The position numbers and the translations under genes were made by a program. A DNA stretch of 64,000 nucleotides from Aplysia californica (Eukaryota): contig NW_004797618.1 of the NCBI RefSeq assembly GCF_000002075.1, forward strand, positions 191,860-255,859, written 5' to 3'. Numbering within the stretch: the first letter of the stretch is position 1; the number at the start of each line of letters is the position of its first letter. The notes under the pieces were generated by a model. That model saw nothing but the letters and a program-made list of their open reading frames with translations. It had not been told where the DNA came from and ran no database searches. Shown piece by piece: positions 1 to 27,134 of the stretch.

Positions 1-55
1 TTCTCTTTATCTCTCAATCACTCCTATGACAAGATCAAGGTCTATCAGTAACCTA

Positions 56-456
56 CTAGATCTAGATCTAGATCTAGATCTAGATCTAGATCTAGAATCT
101 AGATCTATAACTATAATGGATCAACACCAAATCGGAAACTTGTTCGTTCATTGAAACAGGAGTCCAGAAATATAGAGTAAAGTGTTGTGTTTAGAAATAT
201 TACTTAGATCTAGATCTAGTCTAGATCTAGATCTAGATCTAGATCTAGATCTAGATCTAGATCTAGATCTAGATCTAGTTCTGAAAGTACAAAGGTAGGC
301 TCCCGCATTTTATTAAAGAAGTCACTAAAATTCCAAATTCAAACTCACTGTCAACTCGAAACTCTTGTGACAGTACTCAACACTACACTAACGAAAGTAA
401 AAGAATCCAAAATACGTTAGAACACTTCAACGACGATCTAGATCTAGATCTAGATA
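56..456. repeat. (TAGATC)n self-complementary hexamer arrays at ~56-108, ~205-278 and ~436-456
   Basis: Directly visible tandem TAGATC units with occasional variant units (TAGAATCTA, TAGTCTA). Confidence 0.95.
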
Positions 457-700
457 GTTTCCAAAATATTCTCCTCACTTGAGAAGAATAATCCAAAAGA
501 AGAACAAAACAGAAAACTATAAAACACCATTCGTCCAAGGCGGTCTGTCTGAATTAGAATGTTTCAGTGGTCCATAAATCCATGATGACAACAGTGGCCT
601 CAAGCCCGCTACACATTCTCCAGTGGGCACGCGCGTCGGAAAGCATAGCTAGTTACACACACGCCATTATCTTGCGGTCTGTCCAATCACAGGCCTTGTA
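348..700 (-). promoter_or_regulatory. Putative promoter and first exon of an unidentified minus-strand gene running off the left edge
   Basis: CpG-richer patch (~520-700), CCAAT at 683-687, YY1-like AAGATAATGGCG on minus (673-662), donor-like AA|GTGAGG (478) and CA|GTGAGT (348). Only short ATG-initiated ORFs; product not identifiable. Confidence 0.4.
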
Positions 701-1991
701 ACAAACTATGGTGGAAACGGCTAGTAAAAAAGCCTGATCAGATTCCAGAATGGTAATCAATGAAACAAAAAATCTCATCGCCCCGTAATTGTGTTGTATT
801 TTTTTCTTGTGGTCACAAAGGTTTAAACTCGATTTGTTGAATGTAGATCTATGTGTCATCTTAAGAGGGCGGAAAAATATCTTCGGGGATATAAAATTGC
901 TAGATCTATATTACAACAGAGTTTATTCTGATTCTGTATTAAATTGGCGATTTTTTTTGTAGTCATGAGGAAAGTAGATTTTTAAAGATAAGCCTAATAA
1001 CAAAAAGGTCACTGCATGATTAAGACTGATAGTCTATATAATTTCTATTTTAATCCTTTGCATGATTCCTTGATAAATCGTCTGTGTTATCATCCCCCCC
1101 CCCTNNNNNNNNNNNNNNNNNNNNNNNNNNNNNNNNNNNNNNNNNNNNNNNNNNNNNNNNNNNNNNNNNNNNNNNNNNNNNNNNNNNNNNNNNNNNNNNN
1201 NNNNACACACACACACACACACTCACAGTCACTCTCACAAAACCCCAAAACAACAACAGGAAAAAACAAAATGATAACAAAGCATGGAATATATTTGGTA
1301 CCAATGAATTACATTGTACCTTTGGTTTTTGTAGGCGTATTTACAGCACTTACAACACATCGGGTCATAATTTATAAGAGGGCCTGTATAAGTGTCGAAG
1401 ATTAGTGGTGTTACAAGAAAGTAACAAACACAAAAAGAGTGAGGGGAGAGAAGACGATAGCATGCGTTGGATATGCAAGAAGGAGGGCCTATCTTTGAAC
1501 AAACAAACAAACAAACAAACAAACAAAAAACCAAAAAAACCCACCCCATCTCTTCTGCTTTCTGTTTTTTAAGCTCTCACACATTCCTGTAAAGGGTGAT
1601 ATCAGGTCTGCAAAGTCCCTCATGTTTGATATATTGCTTGCTCGGTCTAAATATTATCGCACAGATGTCAATATTATTTACTTATTTACCTATACTTATC
1701 TATTTATTTATTTAATTATTTATTTATTCATTTTAATGAATGTGGTAGGCCTACATTTTAACAATGTGATTTGGGTGTTGACTCGCAAACTCACCAAACT
1801 ATATAATATATGTATATAAAGGCCTATATAATGAATGGCTGAAAGTGGGTCATAGAAGAAGAAAAAAATAGAATTAGCTCAAAATAATGATTAAGAGTGT
1901 CTATGTCGAGATCTGCTATTGTAAAAAATTGAGTATTGGATAAACAGTTAAAACAGCGATAGGGTTGCTTAACAACATCTAGTGGTAGGCG

Positions 1992-2191
1992 CCGTGCCAG
2001 GGCAGAACAGTCGTATCTGCACTTTTATGACTTTGAGTTACGTCGTGCTGCCATTGGAAATATCCTATTTGTAGTGCAGATACACCCTTATGCCTTTGAC
2101 AGAAGATGCAGAACTGGTATAGGCGTTCATTTAAACGAAAATACAAAAATTAATAATTTTTGCAGATATACGTCGGTCTGCCTTGGCACGG
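1992..2191. mobile_element. ~200-bp MITE-like element with ~30-bp imperfect terminal inverted repeats
   Basis: CCGTGCCAGGGCAGAACAGTCGTATCTGCA (1992-2021) versus TGCAGATATACGTCGGTCTGCCTTGGCACGG (2161-2191); no clear TSD. Confidence 0.6.
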
Positions 2192-2489
2192 ATGAAGTAT
2201 TAATATGGTATATTTAATTGATTTAAATGTCCATATTATAGTTGATTGTTCTAGTTTGAAGTAGTGATTACTTAAAGGATAATTCTACATAGCACAATAC
2301 GAGTTGAGGGGGCGGAAGGCCGTGGTGGGGNNNNNNNNNNNNNNNNNNNNNNNNNNNNNNNNNNNNNNNNNNNNNNNNNNNNNNNNNNNNNNNNNNNNNN
2401 NNNNNNNNNNNNNNNNNNNNNNNNNNNNNNNNNNNNNNNNNNNNNNNNNNNNNNNNNNNNNNNNNNNNNNNNNNNNNNNNNNNNNNNGA

Positions 2490-2531
<42 letters not shown>

Positions 2532-3131
2532 GTAGGCAAGTCATGCCTTATTTGATTTAAAACAGTAGATGTATATTCGCAATGATACGTTCGACTATTT
2601 AAATATTCAAACAGGACCACTATAACAGAGAGATTGAGCCCCCACCACACCCCTCCCCCATCCCCAATCCTTATTCCACTCATGCACCCCTGTTCAGTAT
2701 AAACAGCATTTTCTATGAAAGGCAGAGATATACCCTTCGCTGCAAGGTCCAACTTTGCTATGCTGGCTACAATGTCCCATCAGACAGACAGAGGTATAAT
2801 ATAAGACTTCCCGACACAAGAATCAAATTTATCTCTCACAGTAAAAGCACAAAGGGACCAATATACAGGCCTATACACTGAATAACATTTGAACAAAGTA
2901 GAGATAATAAAAGTAAACATACCAAGACAAAAGTTATAGTTAATATAATTTTGTTTTTATTGGGGTTTTCAGAAGATCAGAATATACAGCATAAAAAAAA
3001 TAAAAATTCAGAAATTTTTTCTCATCATGTAGGTGGCATAAGTCAATAAGAGAAGTAACAACATTACAAAATCATTAGAAAGAGATAACATTAAATATGT
3101 GTCACCACTATTAATAACAGAAAGTAACCAA

Positions 3132-3234
3132 AATGACTAGGAAACTTTTTTCTTTTAACACGAACACTGTATTTTGTTCTGCAATGACTAGGAAACTCTT
3201 TTTTTTTCAACAAGAACACTGTATTTTGTTCTGC
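3132..3234. repeat. ~52-bp tandem duplication (2 copies)
   Basis: AATGACTAGGAAACT...AACACTGTATTTTGTTCTGC repeated at 3132-3182 and 3183-3234. Confidence 0.9.
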
Positions 3235-4529
3235 AATTGGATACTAATAATACAATACAGTCAAAATTGGAAAAAAAAGCAACATTAGAAAACAAATTCC
3301 AAACATAGGAAAAACAAATTTAAAACCATATTCTAAATAATCAAACAATATTATAATATTATATAATGTTGTGTTTTTCATTTATCATTATCTTTTCAAA
3401 GACAGGATCTCATGCCATTTTGTATCAACACAGTCAGAAACTTGAGAAGAATCTCGAGTCATCTTGAGGAGAAGAAGGAGAAAAGAAAAAAAAAGAAAGA
3501 ATCAATATTGGTGAGGTTGAGACAGATCAGAGTGTGACAGGAAGGGAAGAAAACATTACACTTGTAAGAGGGAAAACCAAGATACATATAAATGTAGATT
3601 GTAAAAAAAAAAAAAATACCAAACAAGACTTTGTGATATATGTCATAAATTAGGATACTTTCCGAATGCTTTTTGAGAGAGGAAGAGAGCACCTATGGAG
3701 AGCATTAATGCTGCGCCTTGTGTAAACAGACAAAACATCCAAAGAGTATAAATGAGAAATAAAGAGCAAAAAACATTTATTGTTCAACTGCTCTTACAAA
3801 CAACAACTGGGTTCAAGCCTCTTTTTCCGACAAAACATATTATATCTAAGCGGGTGATAAAACATTAATATCTTCTTTTTTGTGTACCTCTGCTAGATCT
3901 CGGGGGTAGTTTACTGCTGATTTTTCAACCTACAGTGCAACTGATCTTCACATATGTGATTGTTTTTCCAACTTCATAGGGCCCCGTGCTTTCAGGTGGG
4001 GAAGAGAGTGGAGAGGAAAGCAAATGACAGAACAGGACTAGGGAACAGAAAAGGAAGACAATGGAGAACATTTTAGAGAAAAAAGATTCAAAGATTTTTT
4101 TGACGCTGGCAGCTTTCAATACAGGAACTGAGAGGCGAACATCATACCTCTAGACCAAGAGAGCTCCTGAGACATAACATAAAAACTTATAGAACAGTTC
4201 AAACCAAAAACGTCATAATTATTATTCAAAATAACTGTCTTTCCAATTACCTGTTTCACAATAAACCATTTCATATTACATCAACATATTAAAGAAGAGA
4301 CAACAAAAAACCCCACACACTTTCATTAGAAGTGAATTCTGGGATAATATGACAATGAATAAAATATTTTGCGAGGAAGGGCAGTCAACAATACTAAACA
4401 CGATTATTCTTCCCAATACCAACAATTTAAAAATGTAATAGTCTATGGCAAAGGAAAAAAGAGAACAGCAATAAGATGAATGTATATAAGGATGGCACAA
4501 ATCAGAGGCATCTTGGTTAAAGCATATTT

Positions 4530-4971
4530 GTGAAGCATCGTGGTGAAATCAAGCGCTCGTAAAACAAAATAATGAAATCGAAGAAACCGGTATTTTCCTG
4601 CCCATTTGGCAATTTTTATTGAATTTTAGTTTTTTGGCTCAACACTTATGTCCAATCAAAAACATATACTATGAGTGAATTTTGCTGAAAAACGATGAAA
4701 GGCACAAAAAATGTAAATTTGTAGCCTCCAAAGACTCTAATTTAAAGCTTTGGAAGTCATCAAAGTTTGGCGGCCATTTTCTTGCTAAGTTTACTTCTGA
4801 AACCAGGTGACCCCTACCTCCTTCAATCGCAAATGTGTATCTCCACTTCTATTCAAGACAGATGGGTATTTTTTTACCGAAAGATAGACAAATGAACGAA
4901 CTTTAGGATAATACCAATAACTTCACATGCCAAAAAATTGATGAGCGCTTGATTCCACAGCGTCGTGACAC
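4530..4971. mobile_element. Non-autonomous DNA transposon (Sola1-like) immediately downstream of the RBKS stop codon
   Basis: Inverted termini sharing AATCAAGCGCTC / GAGCGCTTGATT; ATTT direct repeats at 4526-4529 and 4972-4975 (an AWWT 4-bp TSD is typical of Sola1). Confidence 0.55.
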
Positions 4972-4981
4972 ATTTATTATG

Positions 4982-18203
<13,222 letters not shown>

Positions 18204-18430
18204 AGTTGTTGAAGATGAGTTCGTTGGAACACACGAAACAGTCAACAAGCAATAACCTTTGACACTTGACACACCCCACGCCTCGGCCTATCTGCGACCT
18301 CTTACACAGGGCAACGAAAGGTCATGAATCAGGTCATAAAGCCAAAGCCCCAATGAAAGAACGTATGTGATACACACCCCCAAACAACAGCTGGGCTGAA
18401 CACACAAACGTGGTATCGAGTACACTCTCA
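18204..18430 (-). promoter_or_regulatory. Probable RBKS 5' UTR/proximal promoter
   Basis: Immediately upstream of the ATG; CpG-richer than flanks; two AGGTCA half-sites at 18319-18324 and 18331-18336. Confidence 0.45.
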
Positions 18431-21400
18431 GCCCCAGTAGCGATACCAATTACTTGCACTTTAAAAAAATACTAGTTTTCTGACGACAAAGCATTGGCCT
18501 ACTTCCACCTTTTTTTAAAATCAACCTTTGATAGGTTTTCTTTCTTTCTTTGTATGTGTATTGGGGAGGGGGCAGTGAACACGTAGGGCCTATGTTTATA
18601 CCTAAAGTGAAAAATGTATGGGCTTTCAGCAAAAATCCAACAAAAACGCAACTGAATTTTAGGTGAAAGCGCAAAACAAGTGAAAATCTTGAATCTAACA
18701 ATTAACTCGTCTAGAGATTTGCGTTGTTCCTTGATTAGCAATATCTCTGTGTTGAGACGCAGACTCAACGACGCAAGTGTAGGACATAATTCGTTTTATT
18801 TGCACATCATTATTATTCGCACAGCACACTCTAAAATTTAAGAGACTTTTCCAAGGCAACGCACGTTACGTAGCTTAAAAATTTTTTTGATCAGTCCTGA
18901 GAATAGTTTTGGAATGAGAAATGTTACCAAAATACATTAAACTTTGTGATTTGAGTGGAACACAAGACTACTATGTATATTTATATATATAGTGAGAGAG
19001 AGAGAGAGAGAAGAAATAGAGAAACAGAGAGAGAGAGGGGGGGGGGAGAAAGAGAGAGAGAGAGAGAGAAACAGAGAGACCGACAGAAAAAGATAAAGAA
19101 AAAAAAAAGAGAGACGGAACTGGGGGAAAGGGGATGAGGGGCAGGGGTGCAGGGCGGCACCAGCTAGATTAAGAACGTGTTATGCTAGTAGACCTACACA
19201 ATGACAGGTTTAAGCAAGAGTTTTTGTTAAAATATGTTTTTGGTGAGTGTTTTACGGCGCTCACAACTGCATAAGGCATAAGGTCAAGAGAGGGGGCGGG
19301 TTACACAAGCATTTTCAGTTTTGGTAGAAATCAAATTTGAATCTTACTCGGGTGGCGACCAAAGTCTATTCTTATCAATTTTAGGACCACCAGGAGATCT
19401 TTAACATGTGCAATTTGTACACGGTAACCTTTGCAACACTATAAGGTCATATAAGTGCCAAAGATTAGATGTGTTACAAGAGAGTAACAAATATATATAT
19501 ATATATATATAAAAGAAGGAGGAGAGATCAGGACGATAGGTGTTTGACAGGAAAGAAGGAGCAAACCACACCAGATGAGCACTCACCAACCACCCGCAGA
19601 ATCAAGGTAATCTCCAAGATTTTTTCGCCCTCAGCCGAGAAGTCTAGGTGTTTGATTTTACCTACCTTAAGATCAGAGGTGGGGCTGAAAGAGAGTAGTA
19701 AGAGCAGGAGCCAAGGAGTGGCAGTAGAAATTAGCTAGCAGAATTTAAAGATTCAGGAGCACTAAGGAGGGGCCAAGGAGGGGGGGGGGGGAGCAAAAAG
19801 TGGAGACCAAAGCAGACGACAGAACATGATTAGAGAGCAGGAAAGGAGGTGAAAGTCAAAGGAGAATTTCTTTTAAAGAAGAAAATGTTCTGTCACTGTC
19901 ACAATTCAAACACCGTACCTACTGAATGAGAGGCGAACATGGTACCTCAAGACCACAAAAGCCCCCAAGCCAGATCTGATAAAGGACAGTTTAATTTATG
20001 ACAGAATAACAATCAAGAGACACTATTGAGCTACAGTTGATAAGGAACCTGGTCATTGTATGCAAGAACAAGGAACTCAAATTATATCACAATTCCCCAT
20101 TCCAGAATACCCTTTCTATTAACCAACTGTTCTGATTCCTGGTAATGAATTAGAGAATAAAAAGATGCGTGGTTCGAGTTCAAGTGCTCTTTTCTGTCTT
20201 CTTTATAAAGAATGATCAGAGTTTAAACGATCCCGGCTAGGTAGCTGGCATGCTCCATATCTACAAAGACTAAGACATAAAGGTTTCTGCCTTTATATAG
20301 CTTCACTTGAGGGTGGGAAATGTCAATATTTTTCAGCAGTTAGCCTAGAAGCCTACAAAGGAGACAACACCTACAACTAAAGAGGTGTTACTCATAGGCC
20401 AAAGCAAAATGAATTAAGAAAAAATAACAACCCAAAAAACACAAAAAACAGCAGTCAGAGACAGGCAGTGGGAAAAACGTTTTAAATAGTTTTCACTAAA
20501 ACAAATTCAAAGAAACCAGAATATAGCAGGCAACAATGTATTGAAACTTTTCTGCTGTTTTCAAAAGCAGTATTATGGATTGCAGTGATCATAATTTCTC
20601 AAAGGAAAGTCTTTTTATGAATATATTCATTGAAAAGCGATAATTACAAGCTCATCTGTAGATATGTTTAAGACAAAGTGACAACAAACAATCAAACAAT
20701 AAAACCAAATTTAAATAACAACAACCACTTTGACCTGTTTCAGAAAAAAACAATCTTACAAGTACATTAGAAGTTAGACCTATACAAAAGTTTGAGCATG
20801 GACAATATTCTGATTTAGCATGTTTTTTTGGCAGTTCAACGACAAGCAATGCTGCCGGAGTAGGCCCTATATTGTTCAAGTTTAGTGCAATGCATTTAGC
20901 TGGTGCTCAAAGGTAACACTGATAAACCTTTCCTCTGTAGGCACATGTGCAAAGAATCTCATGTCACATTTTCATCTTGGCAAAAACATTATAATGATAT
21001 TTAATGCAAGTAATTACCAGCACTTTTAAGAATGAAAGTCTGAAACTACTGTATAACAGCATAACACAATATCAGGGCATCACAGCCTTAATACAAAAAT
21101 TGAAAATACAGCAGTTATAACACTACTGACAGTATCTTAAATACTGGGATCAGCACACACACATACACACACACACAGATATTATACACAAAAAATAAAT
21201 CTCTTCATACACCCCCCTCCCCCCCCATTATACCACCAGGCCTGCTATCTGTTACTGTCAGGTTTTGGGTTTTGCCATGTAAGAAAAAGAATGCCTATAT
21301 GAAATAGTATCTTTACACTGCCATCCGCCAGCTGTCGGAGTTGTACTGTCCTTAAACTAATGCAAATTTGCCATGTTTATACCACCAGCGAATTAGCTGT

Positions 21401-24021
21401 TAGAGGTGCAAACTACACATGGTGGCTGCTTAATAATCTCTTTCCCACACTCACCTCTGTGAGCTCAGCCTATTTCTAGCACTTGTCGTTGATTTGCTCT
21501 TGATTTGAGCTGATTATGAAAATGCTAATACTGGTATTACTTTATGGTTTAGGCAGTAGTCCATTTAAAAAATAAAATTAGAATAACATTATTTAATCGC
21601 ACTGGAGAAACTTCAAGGGAATCCCCAAATATAAGCCTGATGATCAAAACAATGGCAGGCACCTGTGAGGCTTTTCTTGTGAGGACTCACGCTCAAGTCT
21701 GCATGACAGGTCAAGGTGGCTCAAGGACTAACGAGAATCAGGTAAAAAAACCCACCAAAACGTACATGGTACTTCTGAAGGGTCATTGACTCATATAATA
21801 GCCTAGCTTCTGACCGTCGCTTCTTTCAATTGTGATTAACATAAAATTTAGCTGGAGGTGTTCATGTAATAGATTGCTTCATGTCTTTTTTTTCATGCCC
21901 ATGGCAATCGTGCAAACCAGATCTAGATAAAGTATGACTGGCCACAGTTTGTCTCTAGTCTTTACCAGTCTACCACTAGTCAAGGTGGCAATGAGTGCTA
22001 TTCCGTTATTCTGACAGCCCTGCTGTACCGTCAACTGTACGCTCATCCCAAGGCAGGCAGTATAACAAGATTTGACTGTATACAGAAATTATCGCTTTTT
22101 GGATCATGTAGTATATAATACAATGTATAAAGAATAACAAATCATCAGCGCCATTCCATGATTGTTAAGTCGTTTTTCGAAGTTTTGGAGAAAACTAATA
22201 AACAAGAAAGCACCAAAATCAGAACCAAGACTTGGCGGGCATTCGTTAATTCCAATAAAAAACAAGGAAGGAAATTACAAGACAGAATGAATGAAAATGC
22301 TGTAAGTTTGTAAGATGCTCCTAAAGCATTTACTTGAATAAATTTTATGCTTGATCTGGAAACACCAAGAAATTGATTTGGCTGATTGTGGAATATGCAT
22401 TATCTTGATAGCACTGGAATATTATTGCAGGCAACAGGTATGAAAGACAACATATTTATCATTCATTCATTCATTCCCAAAAGGATCATCTTGGTCTACT
22501 CAATATAGTTACCTGCTCAAAGTACAAAAGACAATAATCAATCAAATATCATTTTCCTTGTATCACTCAGGCCATCCAGCACTGCCAAAAAGCAATAAAA
22601 GTATAGACCACTGAGAAAAAAAAGTCAGTTGCTTGGTTGCAGTAGCACAAAGATTGAATTATACATTTAAAAACTCCTTTCAACTCATACCGATAATTTA
22701 TTCAATACCTTGCAAATATTATATTCTTTGAATTTTGGCTAAGGATTCTTGAGCAGTACAATCAAACAACCCTGTGCTGAACAAAAGAAAAAAAACAACA
22801 ACAAAAAACCCACATGCATACACGGAAATTGGGATCAAAGTTTTAAAAGGCATAATAAAACATATAAGTACATGTAAACACCTTTCTAAAAGAGTTCGGG
22901 GAGATTAAATAACATAATAGTAATTTCCTGAGACTGATAAAAAAGTGACAAATAAAATCTGTTTAAAAATTTGAAGAATGGTTTGAGATATTTGAACACG
23001 AGTTATCTTATCTTGTCCTTGACTAAAAATGATTTTCCGCGGTAAATAATAATCAGTCATGGTGTTTCCAAATTTTTCTTCTATCCTATATGAGATACTA
23101 CTAGCTATAGTAACAAGGAGAAAACTCGTCTAGTTCGAACACGTAGCCCAGCATGAAAACTTACAAAAACCATTGTACAGAGCACTGTTGAAGGCAACTG
23201 AAAAAGACAATGATAAAAAACAACAACTGGTCTAGCAACTTTTTTTTTAATGTACTGGTTTGTTAGCAAGAGAACTCCTCGGTGGGGCGACAAACGGAGG
23301 GACAGGGAGAAAAATCTCAACATCTTCTGCGCTGAGTTCCCTCCTACAACATACGTAAAGGGAGGGCAATTATATGGCACATTATGTCATAAACACACAG
23401 ATGAATGAATAAACAACATCTGTGTTGTAACGGGTTGGCTCTTTCCCTTGTAACATAGAAGACCTGAGTTCGATTTCAACATGGAGAACATATTCTATTA
23501 CATACCTTTCTTTTTTTCTGCTGAGTTGTATTCACCCATGTCGGGCAGGACCTGAATGGCAGGGTTGGATCACAACCTCCTTTACAATCTAAATCGTGTC
23601 TATGTGTTACCCCCAAGCTGAGTAACACATTAACTTCTGGTGCCATTTCTTTGCCATAAACTTTCTGAAATAGTTTTGAGCCTAGCATAGAAGTAAAATA
23701 AATCCCTTAAACCTAACAATGTGAAAACCACATTCTAAATTATCTCTTTTTTTATCACCTTGGAGGGTATATTTTTAAAATTATTTTTATTTCAAGTACA
23801 AAAATATTGTGCTTTTGCTTTGTTAACATACAGCAGTTTAAAGAGTTATAATAAAATAATAATAGCAATATAATAATTACATAATAAATGGAATTTATAT
23901 GCTGTGCCTAGTTCCTAGATGGCTTTAAGTGCTATGCAATATAGAATTATCACTAAACATATCTGGACAAATCAAAAGACAGAAAATGCATACTGTAAAG
24001 CCATTTAACGACAGCACACAA

Positions 24022-24081
<60 letters not shown>

Positions 24082-24372
24082 AACATGCAACCCCATGACC
24101 CACATATATTCTTACATACAAATTGAAAAAAAGAAAACAAAAATCCACACACAACAGTAGTGCTTTGTTCTGTTACTACAATTCAACAATTCATTATGAA
24201 CACAAAACAAAACAGTAAAGATATATTAATTTAATGACATTTGCTGTTGATTTTCTCAGAAAACCAAAATGTCCCAAACCTAGAAAATATGTGACAGAAT
24301 CAGATCAAGTGACCTTTAAAAAGTTAATCACACAAGGTTACTTCTTTGATATATATATATATACAGTGATCA

Positions 24373-24427
24373 CAAATAACACTTCAGTGAGTGCAGTATC
24401 CAAATAACACTCAGTGAGTGCAGTATC
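24373..24427. repeat. 27/28-bp tandem duplication abutting the carboxypeptidase stop codon
   Basis: CAAATAACACT(T)CAGTGAGTGCAGTATC occurs twice. Confidence 0.9.
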
Positions 24428-27087
24428 ATAAATTCTTAAGCATGGAAAAGGTTGAACTTAAAGACCTCAGATTCACAACTCTTTTCTTTCTCATCATATA
24501 GCAGATGTGTTTTGCACCCAACACCAGAAAAAGCACGGTAAGCGACAATAAGAAGAGGTACATCAAAGGACTTGTGCTGGCTGACTGATGTGGTACCTGT
24601 GAGGGAAAAACACCCCAAAAATACCTCCAACAAATGAATGAAAATAGACTATCTTTAAAGTTAATATTCACAACAAATAAACTTAAATACTATGTCAAGC
24701 GCTAAAAAGCTGCTAACTATACTATATATATAAGTCAGGTGTCGACAGAGACATGGTTGATGAAGCCTACGAAGTGGCCACACTGAGACAAGACTTTCAA
24801 TTTATGGTATCATTCTATGTCTTTTGCCAAATTTGTTAGATTTAGACAAACAATAACTTAGAAATTTACAAAATAAAAAACATTACTTACAGTTTAATTA
24901 AAGTATTTTAAAAGTAAAAAGACATCACAGACTAACATATTAATTTATCTCAATATGGGATATCTCTCCCTCCCCCTCCCCACCTCCTCCTTATTTTTCC
25001 TCAACCAAACTAACTTACTAATTTATCTCAGAATAGTGACCCCCCCCCCCCCCCCCCCCAGTTATTTGTCCTCAGCCAGGTCTTATATATTATATTATGC
25101 TAAATGATCAAAACCATTTTAAAGAGAATTAATTCATCATAAGAAAATGATATGATCAGATAAATAAAAAATTGATAGTTCAGCCCCGAGCAAATCTAAA
25201 ATCATGACTGTGACGTGTATGTGAGAAAAATGGAAAAATTTCACCACGTACCTCTCGAGTGGACTGTGAATGGAACAAGGCGTCATATCTCATGGGAACA
25301 CGAGGGTATCGGTCTTTCTTCTGTCGAGCCAAAGACTGATTTTTCCAAATGTTCTGAAAATGAAAAGTCAAATCAACTTTTAGGTTTAAGGCCTCAAAAA
25401 AATATGACAATAGGAATACTTTTCAGCCCATATAATTTCTAAGAACTTGTTCTGATAAAGAATATTTTTGCTTATACAATCTAAATCTTGTTTTGTTAAA
25501 ACTACACACACCAGAGTCATTGGTCATATTTTTCATTTAAAACAGAATGCACATCCTTTAATCTTTTTTCTATAAAATGTGAATATTTCTCAAACAGCAA
25601 TAGTGGAAATATATTTCAAAAAGGAATCTTCACCATCCTCTTTTATAATTCTGATCGGCATCTTATTCATACCTTCGACTTTCGCATTTCTCAGAAACTT
25701 TTATCTATGCTTGAAAATGACAATCTCAGAAAAACATTACCTCCAGTTATTTGTACAGAAATACATAAACAGATTTTAAATCCACATTTTGCTTGCAAAG
25801 TTGTATCACAGAAGGTTTTCAAAAACAAAAACTATAGAAGTTTTTGCTTTGGAAAGGAAATTATTCATACAAAACAGGAAAAAACACAACAGCAAAATGT
25901 TTATCAACAGACGAATTACAATTTGCTTTTGACGATGTTGCTTCTTCTTCCATGAGTGTAGAAAAGTCAAGAGCTCAACATAGAGTGGGTGGATCAGTTG
26001 TAATTCCTCCTGAAAAACAAACCATAAACATAGACATTTGATTGACATTTGTTGTCAGTAAACAACATGTTAAAGTATGTACTTATAAAAACTTTATCAA
26101 CAGTGCTGCATACAAACATTCATAAAACCTATGATTTCAGGTAGATTCAAAATGAATAATTTCAATGGAAAAAAAGTATAATCCTTTTATTATCACATAT
26201 AATTTTGCAATTCTACACGAATATATATCAAAAACGTCCAGTAATTTATTTGGTGGTTGAGAGCATTTCTAAAATATTTCATCTCAAAATCTTTTCTTCC
26301 CTCTTCACATGAAAAGCTAATAATCTAAGTAGTCTTGCCTGCACCCCATAATAAAAGAAGTTACATTGCTACCTGTAAAGCTTCACTCTGAGGGTTGAAT
26401 TCATCAAAACAACTTTTTCCTAAATGATGGTTGTGCTGCCACATCTCAACAGCAAATGAAAAAGGTATCTGCCAAATATATATGCAAGAGAGAAAAGTTA
26501 AAATGTTCATGCATGTAAAAATAATTCTTGCGATATTGTGGTAAAAATTCAAATGAGCCTTCATTATAATCAGGCTGAAATGAAAGACAAAATCAAGGCA
26601 ACTCTTAGCAGATCAGAAACAACAAAAGTTTTCAAATGTATTGCCCACATGGACATACTTTTCAGAAAATAATTAATGTTTTTTGAAGAATTTGACAAAC
26701 ACTCTGTTTTCACATTCAGAGGTCAGAAGGAAAGAAAAGCACACAGCAATATATTATTAATTGATATAAAACAGAGAGAGACTCTAAAATATCATAGAAA
26801 GGATGGTCAGGTAATAAGAGTTGTAAAGAACTATCAAGGAAGGCGTATCAATTTTAGGANNNNNNNNNNNNNNNNNNNNNNNNNNNNNNNNNNNNNNNNN
26901 NNNNNNNNNNNNNNNNNNNNNNNNNNNNNNNNNNNNNNNNNNNNNNNNNNNNNNNNNNNNNNNNNNNNNNNNNNNNNNNNNNNNNNNNNNNNNNNNNNNN
27001 NNNNNNNNNNNNNNNNNNNNNNNNNNNNNNNNNNNNNNNNNNNNNNNNNNNNNNNNNNNNNNNNNNNNNNNNNNNNTGTGCATGCGT

Positions 27088-27134
<47 letters not shown>

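Noticed and set aside
18319-18336. Nuclear-receptor response element (AGGTCA-n6-AGGTCA)
   Set aside because: A single short motif pair with atypical spacing; cannot be distinguished from chance without data.
25620-25710. Extra carboxypeptidase micro-exon(s)
   Set aside because: Candidate AG/GT pairs give phase conflicts or stops; flanking exons already join in phase 0.
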